From an uncultured Gammaproteobacteria bacterium (GTDB lineage Bacteria > Patescibacteriota > Patescibacteriia > CAZGFX01): a stretch of 64,000 nucleotides of DNA. A program made the translations under genes and the position numbers. Below, piece by piece: positions 56,265 to 64,000 of this stretch; positions within the stretch are counted from its first letter, which is position 1; each line of letters opens with the position of its first letter. The stretch is taken from positions 31,051 through 95,050 of the forward strand of contig CAZGFX010000003.1 of assembly GCA_964524845.1 (NCBI GenBank), written 5' to 3'. The notes beneath the pieces are model-generated. The model saw only the letters and a list, made by a program, of their open reading frames with translations, was not told the origin of the DNA and searched no databases.

Positions 56265-56828
56265 TTAGTCGCAAACACACAACAAACAGTGGCCGAACCA
56301 CTCGCTCCCGAAGTAACCGAGACGGAAGTCCGATGTACCATCTGAGCCGTGGTACACGTACGGCACCCTGTGGTTGCCATCGGTGTCTTGCCAAAGAACA
56401 TTTTTTTCATCGAAAGACAATATCTGTTTGTTTATTGGAAAAACATCTTTTTTCAAATCATATACAAGCAGAAGACCTTGTGCACCGACTAATAGTGCTT
56501 TTGTTTTTTTCAAGAAATCAATACAATCTTCAGTCGATACTGTTTGTAATATCGGGAAGATTTTTACTATATAGGTCTTTCCTGGTATGAGTTTGTACGA
56601 TACTTTCGAGAAGTTTTCATCTGTCAAACCATCACTGTAACAATACGTGTCTGATAAACCATTTGTTTTTTCAGCAAAAGCAGCGAGCCACGTATCGTGG
56701 TCATAGTCTGAGGGAATCGTGATTTTGAATTCATTAATTGCAGGACCGAAACACTCATCAACAGACGAATAACCAATAAACGACACAACAAACAATGTTG
56801 CGATAGTTAAGAACAACAGCTTTTTCAT
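56265..56828 (-). CDS. hypothetical exported protein
   Basis: signal peptide; TTGACA-N17-TATCAT promoter; AAGGAG SD. Confidence 0.7.
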   Translation of the reverse strand: MKKLLFLTIATLFVVSFIGYSSVDECFGPAINEFKITIPSDYDHDTWLAAFAEKTNGLSDTYCYSDGLTDENFSKVSYKLIPGKTYIVKIFPILQTVSTEDCIDFLKKTKALLVGAQGLLLVYDLKKDVFPINKQILSFDEKNVLWQDTDGNHRVPYVYHGSDGTSDFRLGYFGSEWFGHCLLCVCD

Positions 56829-57032
56829 TTCAATTCTCCTTTTTTTGGTTTTTTGGTTTTTTGTTTATTTTGTTATCGTGTAATGATAGCACGTTGGGAT
56901 ATTAATGTCAAGTGTATAAATATGGCTAAAAACAGCCTAGAAATACAGTACGGCTTTATAAAAAATATAAAATAGTATAAAATTCAAGTGACGAAAAGAC
57001 TCGAAATTCAAATAAAAAACAAGGTAGTAAAG

Positions 57033-57482
57033 ATGAAGCCGTCTAATTCAAAAAAGGAAACCAAAATTCAATTCATCGGAAAAACAGACTTGATTGCAAA
57101 AGAAATTGGCATTTCAAAAAAAAACGTAGAATACTTTATTTCTTGCATGTACAACAGAGAACACCTAGATAATTTAGAACTGAGAGTTTTGTTTTATACC
57201 TTCAGAGTATGGTGTCCAGAACTTGGCATATGTCTCGAAAAACCACTATCAGAAAAAGCCACGGCAATTGCAATTCACGAAGAAATGGAAGCAGAGGATA
57301 TAATAAAAATAAAAAACCACGCGATTGAAAAAATAAAAACATATATCCGAATTACACGTAAATCAAGAGATGAAAACAAGTATGACATTTCGTTCGATGA
57401 CACTTTGTTGGAAAAAGAATTAGAAAGTATTCCTGCCCCAGAACAAAAAAGATTTTTTAAATTTATCGAACAATTCACTTAA
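57033..57482 (+). CDS. hypothetical protein with degenerate sigma70 region-4-like HTH
   Basis: LDNLELRVL..F...GI..EKPLS.......IIKIKNHAIEKIK pattern. Confidence 0.5.
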   Translation: MKPSNSKKETKIQFIGKTDLIAKEIGISKKNVEYFISCMYNREHLDNLELRVLFYTFRVWCPELGICLEKPLSEKATAIAIHEEMEAEDIIKIKNHAIEKIKTYIRITRKSRDENKYDISFDDTLLEKELESIPAPEQKRFFKFIEQFT

Positions 57483-57550
57483 TAAATATTGAACATTATT
57501 TAAAATAAAAATACCATTTTATAAAAACGGTATTTTTTTATTTAAAAATT

Positions 57551-58870
57551 CTACAAAAAATACTTTTTAAAATACTCTATTCCCTCCTCCTTTGTAAAAA
57601 AACGTCTATCAAGCTGTGCTTCAAATACTCTCTCGAGCATATCTCCTAGCAGTGGGCCGGCGCCAACACCAAGCGGAATGATGTCTCGCCCCGAAACAAG
57701 CGGGAAAACAGGAGAAGACATAACACCAAGAAGTTTTGCTCTATTAATACAATCATCGACAACTGTCATTCTTGATGGACATTCGGTTTTCGCATATGCT
57801 CTCCATAATATTTCAACATCCGAAATAGTCGCTGGATTAAGGGACACGCTTATTTTCAATATTTCCGAATCAGACACAATCTCTCTTTTACAAGCATAAT
57901 CAACGTGCTGAGCAAGTTTCATTATTGATAGAAAACGATCTCTTGAAAAAACAAACTCGTGCAAAAACCTCTGCAAATATGATGAATCAAACAAACAACA
58001 AACAGCACATATAAGTACAGAAAACGGATCACGAGAAACTATTCCGTTCGCTATGTACTCAGCCGAATGATCAACAAACTTCTTTACACGATCCCAAACA
58101 TGCGGAACCTGTGCTATGTGTTTATAATATTCCGGATGTAGTTTTTCTAATATAGAAAGCTCTTTCATTGCTTCAAGACCAAGACTTGGTGTTCGTGATT
58201 TCAAAAGAAGCTTAAACCATTCTTCCGTCACTCTCTCACGAGACAGTTCATGAAGCGGCATTGTTCTACACAACTCCTTTGTTTTCTCATCTATTGTAAA
58301 ACCAAATCTTCCGGCAAATTGTGCGGCGCGGAGCGCGCGAAGTGGATCATCTCCGAACAACACAGAATCTACCGCTCTTATTATATGCGCGCGGATATCA
58401 TCGACTCCGCCATACTCATCAATAATAGCTCCGGACAGCGGATCAAAAAGAAGCGAGTTCATAGTGAAATCGCGCCTCCGCGCCGCATCTCTGTACTCCA
58501 TATACGGATCATAAGTTACGGTAAATCCGGTATGTCCGTGTCCTGATTTTGAATCGCGACGAGGCAATGAAACATCAATTTCTCCTACTTTTAAAACTCC
58601 GAAACTAGCTCCAATCATGTTCGTACCACCAAACAAAGATAGAATATCATGAAGTGTTTCCGGTGAAAGCCCATAAACTTCCAAATCAATATCCTTGTTT
58701 TCTATTTTATTACCCATCGTAGAAAGCACCTCATCTCGAACATATCCTCCAACAACAAAAGCCCTTCCGCCCTTATCGCGCACAAGTTCTGAAATACGAA
58801 TAACCAGCTCCAATAAACGAGAATATTCGGGATCTGTGCTATATACAAGCTTTTCTTTGAACGTTTGCAT
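57551..58870 (-). CDS. cca: CCA tRNA nucleotidyltransferase
   Basis: VGGYVRD, DIDLE, RRDFTMN, DDPLRALRA, SRERV. Confidence 0.9.
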   Translation of the reverse strand: MQTFKEKLVYSTDPEYSRLLELVIRISELVRDKGGRAFVVGGYVRDEVLSTMGNKIENKDIDLEVYGLSPETLHDILSLFGGTNMIGASFGVLKVGEIDVSLPRRDSKSGHGHTGFTVTYDPYMEYRDAARRRDFTMNSLLFDPLSGAIIDEYGGVDDIRAHIIRAVDSVLFGDDPLRALRAAQFAGRFGFTIDEKTKELCRTMPLHELSRERVTEEWFKLLLKSRTPSLGLEAMKELSILEKLHPEYYKHIAQVPHVWDRVKKFVDHSAEYIANGIVSRDPFSVLICAVCCLFDSSYLQRFLHEFVFSRDRFLSIMKLAQHVDYACKREIVSDSEILKISVSLNPATISDVEILWRAYAKTECPSRMTVVDDCINRAKLLGVMSSPVFPLVSGRDIIPLGVGAGPLLGDMLERVFEAQLDRRFFTKEEGIEYFKKYFL

Positions 58871-58971
58871 GATATAAGTTTACAACAAAATACATAAATC
58901 AGCCACGAGCTAGATTATTAATTGTAAAAAATAAAAACGCCCATCGTGTATGAACGACGGGCATTATAAAA

Positions 58972-59706
58972 TTACAATGTCGCTTGACGCATAAACAAAG
59001 AACAATTTCGAAGAAATATTTCTTTCTCAAAACACTTAAATAATTCGCTCATGCTCGGACAATGAACAACGCAAGTTTTATTTGAAACAAAATTTCTTTC
59101 CGTAACGAGATAAACTGTTCCCTTGTACTCATAATGAATTGTTTCAGAAAGTCTCATACTGTCATCAACAATTCCTAGAATCGATGGAAACATGTCGTGT
59201 AATATAGATGATTTCCATTCCTCAATAAAATTAAATGGAACTGTGTTTGGACGTGCAATAATAGGAAGATCCGGATATCCATGATCAGACAAAAAACCTT
59301 TCGTTCCTTCTAAAACATCAACTGGTCGACCTGTAATATATGCAACAAATGGTACTCTGTGTTGATGAATACTCCAAATGATTTGCGGAACACCTAGTTT
59401 TACTGGAATAATTCTCTGTTCTTCATTATTAAACAATATCTGATATAAAAATGTATGTACTTTTTCTTTATTCCAATATGTAGGAGTAGGCTCCGTACCA
59501 TACCCATACTTTTTAAACATTTCTTCAGGGGACAATCTTTCGGGATTTCCAAACTTGTCCATTACTTTTTTAATCGAATGCTGTGGTGTATTTGTCAAAA
59601 TTCCATCAATATCGCATGCAAATCCTGCAGGAGCCAGCCCAAACTCATAATTCCTCTTTAAACCAGCGAGCACTTCTTTGTTGTGCTTATCAAAAAACTG
59701 TGCCAT
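58972..59706 (-). CDS. HAD-superfamily (5'-nucleotidase-like) protein
   Basis: DIDG motif I, YITGR motif II, IVDD motif IV. Confidence 0.75.
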   Translation of the reverse strand: MAQFFDKHNKEVLAGLKRNYEFGLAPAGFACDIDGILTNTPQHSIKKVMDKFGNPERLSPEEMFKKYGYGTEPTPTYWNKEKVHTFLYQILFNNEEQRIIPVKLGVPQIIWSIHQHRVPFVAYITGRPVDVLEGTKGFLSDHGYPDLPIIARPNTVPFNFIEEWKSSILHDMFPSILGIVDDSMRLSETIHYEYKGTVYLVTERNFVSNKTCVVHCPSMSELFKCFEKEIFLRNCSLFMRQATL

Positions 59707-59841
59707 TCAAGCCCCCTTTTTGTTATCTTAATTAATGTTTTTTAATAGATTACACTACGGATGATTTTAGGTCAAAGCGATTTTGGTTTCGTTTGATTTT
59801 TTGGCTGTTTATCAATACAATACACCTGTATTTCATACTAC

Positions 59842-59924
59842 GCCGCGGTGGTGAAATTGGTATACACGCATGCCTTAGGAGCATGTGCGAAAGCATGAGA
59901 GTTCGAGTCTCTCCCGCGGCACCA
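59842..59924 (+). tRNA. tRNA-Leu(TAG)
   Basis: cloverleaf with long variable arm, CATGC-CTTAGGA-GCATG, CCA. Confidence 0.95.
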
Positions 59925-60105
59925 TTCGATCGTCGCTCCGTTCCTCACTCATGGCAGAGCCACCAGAATTCATCGCTTTGCTCAACTCCCGCGAAGTGGG
60001 ATCCTACCTTGCGGGAATTGTCACCTCAGCCAACTTTGTCACATCGACCCACTTTGTCACCTCGACCAACATTGTCACCTCGAACGAATGTGAGAGGTCT
60101 CCCCC
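59925..60105 (+). repeat. REP-like family B cluster after tRNA-Leu
   Basis: four TTGTCAC(C/A)TC units and GAGAGGTCTC. Confidence 0.75.
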
Positions 60106-60218
60106 TCCGTATCACCTTGCCACATCTCGCTCGCACGAAAAAACTAAATTTTTCGTTCGAACGAGACGTTGCATAAACGGCGCACATTATCTGAAATTTT
60201 ATTTTTAATTTTAATAAC

Positions 60219-60617
60219 ATGGAAACAAACAAATTGCCACGCAACATAATTTTGGCTAGTATTTTATTAATAGCACTATCAATCAGCTATTATTATTTGA
60301 TTTTTCTGCCTCAAAAAGAAAATACTAGAATTAAAACCAACTGTATTGATAAGGTGCTTAAAGAAATGAAAGACGCTCATCCCAAAATGCAAACCGATGA
60401 GATTACTAATTTTAGAATTGCTAACGATAGAGGTTGCTTTATAGAGGCAGGTTGTATGCAAGGAGTACAAGATGCTAATTTCAAACCTAAATTTAGTGAA
60501 TGCAATAATGATTATTATAATTCTTGTTTATCTAATATAAAAAACCAGGCAGAAGAAATGATTCAGGCAGAAAAATCAAAAAGGATTAATGAATGCATTG
60601 ATCTTTATTCAAATTAA
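60219..60617 (+). CDS. membrane-anchored Cys-rich hypothetical protein
   Basis: N-terminal TM, six Cys; low GC. Confidence 0.7.
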   Translation: METNKLPRNIILASILLIALSISYYYLIFLPQKENTRIKTNCIDKVLKEMKDAHPKMQTDEITNFRIANDRGCFIEAGCMQGVQDANFKPKFSECNNDYYNSCLSNIKNQAEEMIQAEKSKRINECIDLYSN

Positions 60618-60806
60618 AATTAAAAGTAAAACATCATATAACACCAAATATACGACTATTCTTTTAAAAATATCTTAAATTTATTTTTCATTAATTATAG
60701 AGGGGTATAAGGTGTTTTCTCCGCGGAGTTTACCCCGCAACCAATGCGGGGCTACGAAAACGATTTATTTATAAGGGGAAAACAATTATAATAATTATAA
60801 CCAACC

Positions 60807-61925
60807 ATGAAAATTGCTATGAATAAAAAGAGTAAAAAGACAAAAAAATTAAACGTCGCTACGGTTTTTAGTGGTATCGGTGCTTTTGAACATGCGCTAG
60901 AAAGAATGAAAATTGAACATGAAATAATATTTGCTTGTGATAATGATGAACAATGTAAAAAAACATATTTTGCAAATTATAAGATACTGGAAGACAATTG
61001 GTATAATGATATTTTTTCTTTAAATGGTAAGAAATATAAAAATTGCGTAGACATTTTAATAGGAGGAAGTCCATGCCAATCATTTTCTATGGTTGGCAAA
61101 AGAAAAGGGCTAAAAGATGACAGGGGTAATTTAATATTTGAATATATTAAATTAATCAAAGACGTTGAACCAAATGTTTTTATTTTTGAAAATGTAAAAG
61201 GTTTATTAAATCATGAGCAAGGGAAAACATGGACATTTATTGAAAAATCATTTAAAAAGTTGGGGTATGTTGTTAAACATCAAGTTCTAAATGCAAAAAA
61301 TTATGGCATACCGCAAAACAGAGAAAGAGTATTTCTAGTTGGATTTAAAAACAAAAAAGTAAATTTTGAATTTCCAAATCCAGTTAAACTTGAAATTACA
61401 ATGCAGGATTTATTAGAAGATAATCTAGATTCTAAATATTATTTAGGGAATAAGGGCATAAGTTTTGTCACGAAACAAAAAAACCTAGATAAAAGATATA
61501 CACAAATTAATGGCAATATTGCGCTTTGCCAAAAAGCTAATCAACAATTTAATTGGCATGGGGATTTTATTCTAGAAAAAGCAAAAAAGGACGTTGAAAA
61601 TAAATACTATTTATCGGAGAAAGTTAAAGATTATGTTTTAAAAACCGGTACAAAAAATTTTTATTCAAAACCAAAAACAGATTTACCAGTAGCAAGACCA
61701 TTGTTACAAAGTATGCATAAGATGCATAGAGCTGGAGTTGACAATTACATAACCAAGGGTGAAAAAATAAGAAAGCTTACACCAAGAGAGTGTCACAGAT
61801 TAATGGGTTTTTCAGATAATTTTAAAATAGTTGTTAGCGACACGCAGGCTTATAGACAGGCTGGCAATAGTATCGTTGTCCCAGTTATTATTGAGGTATT
61901 AAAAAAAATATTATTACATTTATAA
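60807..61925 (+). CDS. DNA (cytosine-5) methyltransferase
   Basis: motifs FSGIG, GSPCQ, ENV, QNRER, LTPREC, AGNS. Confidence 0.96.
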   Translation: MKIAMNKKSKKTKKLNVATVFSGIGAFEHALERMKIEHEIIFACDNDEQCKKTYFANYKILEDNWYNDIFSLNGKKYKNCVDILIGGSPCQSFSMVGKRKGLKDDRGNLIFEYIKLIKDVEPNVFIFENVKGLLNHEQGKTWTFIEKSFKKLGYVVKHQVLNAKNYGIPQNRERVFLVGFKNKKVNFEFPNPVKLEITMQDLLEDNLDSKYYLGNKGISFVTKQKNLDKRYTQINGNIALCQKANQQFNWHGDFILEKAKKDVENKYYLSEKVKDYVLKTGTKNFYSKPKTDLPVARPLLQSMHKMHRAGVDNYITKGEKIRKLTPRECHRLMGFSDNFKIVVSDTQAYRQAGNSIVVPVIIEVLKKILLHL

Positions 61926-61931
61926 TAATTT

Positions 61932-62903
61932 ATGAAATTACAAATACTAGGTAAAAATTACAAAGTACTTGATGCAAAAGAAAAAATAACAATAGCAGAT
62001 TCTTTTGTTGTAAGACAAAATAAAATAGGAACAGGAAACGGTGAAGCTAAGCTTTATGTTGGCAACGACAATGAAGAAGTGCGAAATTTTTTTGGCAGTA
62101 GCGGTTTTGCAGTCGACTGTTTCTTGTTAAAAAAAGACCTAATAAAATATTTAGAAGAAACTAAAGTTGAATATTTAAATCCAGAGCAACCCTATATCAA
62201 TAAAAGCAGTCTCCCTGAGTTATGGAAAACAAGAAAAGACAAAGTAAATTCATTGCCTGAAATTATAGAATTTACTGTTATAGAGCAAACTCAAATTGCG
62301 GGACCAAGGATATATATAAATTCTTCAGATGAAGCATATTCCTTGATAAGAGAATTATCTTTACCTAATGTAACATATATTTCAGTGATCAAACTTACAA
62401 ATGAAGACAATAAACTGTTTTATTATTTCCGTTTATTCGCAGACTATTTTGGTGAGGTAGAACATCCATTTTTAATTAAAAAAGAAAGTGATGAAATAAA
62501 AGATGCACAACTAGACATTGTTGAAAAAACACAATTATACAAGGCGAGGGTAGGGCAAGGAGAATATCGAAAAAAATTATTAGAACTTTGCCCATTTTGT
62601 CCAATTACTTTGGTTTCTGATGATAGGCTACTTATTGCAAGCCACATTAAACCATGGGCTTCTTCAAATAATTTTGAAAAAACAGATCCAATGAATGGTT
62701 TTATGCTTACTCCAACTTTTGATTTTCTTTTTGATAGAGGTTTTCTTTCTTTCACTGATGATAAAAAAACAATTTTATCGCCATTTCTTTCTAATATGAC
62801 ATATTCAAAAATTGGAATTTCTAATAATAAGTTAATACTTCATCTGAAAACAGAAGGACGTGAGAAGTACCTAGAATATCATAGAAAAAACATTTTTAAA
62901 TAA
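61932..62903 (+). CDS. HNH restriction endonuclease (probable cognate of the MTase)
   Basis: ARVGQGEYR, CPIT, ASHIKPW, NGFML..FDRG (HNH_2-like). Confidence 0.88.
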   Translation: MKLQILGKNYKVLDAKEKITIADSFVVRQNKIGTGNGEAKLYVGNDNEEVRNFFGSSGFAVDCFLLKKDLIKYLEETKVEYLNPEQPYINKSSLPELWKTRKDKVNSLPEIIEFTVIEQTQIAGPRIYINSSDEAYSLIRELSLPNVTYISVIKLTNEDNKLFYYFRLFADYFGEVEHPFLIKKESDEIKDAQLDIVEKTQLYKARVGQGEYRKKLLELCPFCPITLVSDDRLLIASHIKPWASSNNFEKTDPMNGFMLTPTFDFLFDRGFLSFTDDKKTILSPFLSNMTYSKIGISNNKLILHLKTEGREKYLEYHRKNIFK

Positions 62904-63029
62904 GGAGTTTTGGGCTTCGGGCATTCACCCCTTTAATTCCCCTCTGTCCTTCGCCCAAAACGAAAAAAGAAATTTTAAAATTTTTAAAACAATTCCGACT
63001 GCTGTCGGAAAAAAGAAAAGGAATACATC

Positions 63030-63131
63030 AGCTAACACGGCATATCTAGTTACTGCTTTTATACAAAAGCCTCCGCCCATATTTTGTTCCGCTACGCTCC
63101 ACAAAACATCAGATATGCCAAAACGTTAGAT
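63030..63131 (+). mobile_element. integron attC-like site
   Basis: AGCTAAC-ac-GGCATATCT ... AGATATGCC-aaaac-GTTAGAT; RYYYAAC-like / GTTRRRY ends with inner inverted repeats. Confidence 0.7.
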
Positions 63132-63146
63132 GAAATTTTATTTTTT

Positions 63147-63725
63147 ATGGATTATAATGATGTCCAAGCACGTCTAAAAAATATTTACTCGTCCATAGAC
63201 GAGCAATATTCTTATGGTCATGAGGCTCTTGGTATGGCTCATTGGGAACAAACTGACAATCAAATTAGCTTTTCCTTTCTTAATCCAAACAATAAACCAA
63301 GGGTTATAAATCAAATAAACAATGTCATTTCAAACCTTGCCAACATAAAAGATTGCCTAAAGAAAAAACTTCAAGACAGAGGCGACGATCCTCAAGCTAT
63401 TGAGTACGAAATTAACGACTCATTGTACTTGCAGTTGGTTCTCGATTTATCTAACCAAGAAAAGCACGGCTACCCGCTTACAAAAACTAGTCGATCTCAA
63501 AAAAACCCACTCATTAAAAACGTTAACCGAGGACTTTCACGCTCGAACAGACTAGACAATATTAGATATGAACAAAGCGACGGTTCTGTAATAGTTAATA
63601 TGATGATCATTATAACCGCAGACGTAACAGACTCTCAGGACAATCTTTTGTGTCGGCTTGATGAATTAGTAGAAAACGCTCTTAAGTTTTGGGAGAATAC
63701 TATAAAAAAATATAACATCGACTAA
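63147..63725 (+). CDS. cassette-like hypothetical protein (possible HEPN-like)
   Basis: starts ~15 nt after attC R'; stop codon lies within GACTAAC; LSNQEKH motif. Confidence 0.65.
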   Translation: MDYNDVQARLKNIYSSIDEQYSYGHEALGMAHWEQTDNQISFSFLNPNNKPRVINQINNVISNLANIKDCLKKKLQDRGDDPQAIEYEINDSLYLQLVLDLSNQEKHGYPLTKTSRSQKNPLIKNVNRGLSRSNRLDNIRYEQSDGSVIVNMMIIITADVTDSQDNLLCRLDELVENALKFWENTIKKYNID

Positions 63726-63773
63726 CAAGGAATATCCGATTCGCGACCTAAATTAAATTATTTAAAATATTCT

Positions 63774-63989
63774 ATGAAAAAAACATTTATTACAATAGTA
63801 ATTATACTGATATTAATTATAATTTATCAATCACTACAAATTATTCGTTTAGAAAACTATCATTATGCTGTTCAAGTTGGTTTGTGTTCAGACATGGACG
63901 ATTTCATTAAAAAGGATGATTGTTTAAATAATACAAAAACCAGAACAAACCCTATCTATAATTTGCTGTATGGGCTTAAGATATTTTAA
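63774..63989 (+). CDS. small membrane-anchored protein
   Basis: 71 aa, N-terminal TM. Confidence 0.55.
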   Translation: MKKTFITIVIILILIIIYQSLQIIRLENYHYAVQVGLCSDMDDFIKKDDCLNNTKTRTNPIYNLLYGLKIF

Positions 63990-64000
63990 AAATAATTCAA

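Noticed and set aside
59793-60247. ORFs spanning tRNA-Leu and repeats
   Set aside because: Overlap the tRNA and a REP-like cluster; low-complexity translation.

Overview
Low-GC bacterial chromosome segment, most likely Patescibacteria/CPR (Parcubacteria/ABY1-like). This rests on 16S signatures (515F-site mismatch GTGCCAGCAGCAGCGG, EUB338-II-type site), the split rRNA operon and the gene content. Core genes are nth, recA, ftsK, trmD, khpA, rpsP, ddl, smc, rnc, a nusB-Nudix fusion, rpmF, infB, rbfA, nrnA, clpP and a CCA enzyme, plus 8 tRNAs. The 16S and 23S-5S genes are separately promoted and 5.7 kb apart. Main observations: (1) the 16S 3' tail has lost the canonical anti-Shine-Dalgarno (CCUCC>UAUCC) and core genes are SD-less or leaderless, yet about 15 mostly ORFan genes carry canonical SDs, most with a sigma70 promoter, A/C-rich leader and terminator; (2) one of these is a ~800 aa Ig-rich protein with an FCB-type FlgD/T9SS C-terminal sorting domain, bracketed by two copies of a covarying 42-nt RNA hairpin; (3) three tandem histone-H1-like lysine-rich microproteins share a 5' hairpin; (4) a promoter-driven putative ncRNA carries two identical 87-nt hairpins; (5) an attC-like cassette/restriction-modification island follows tRNA-Leu. 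All calls come from manual reading; no database searches were run.
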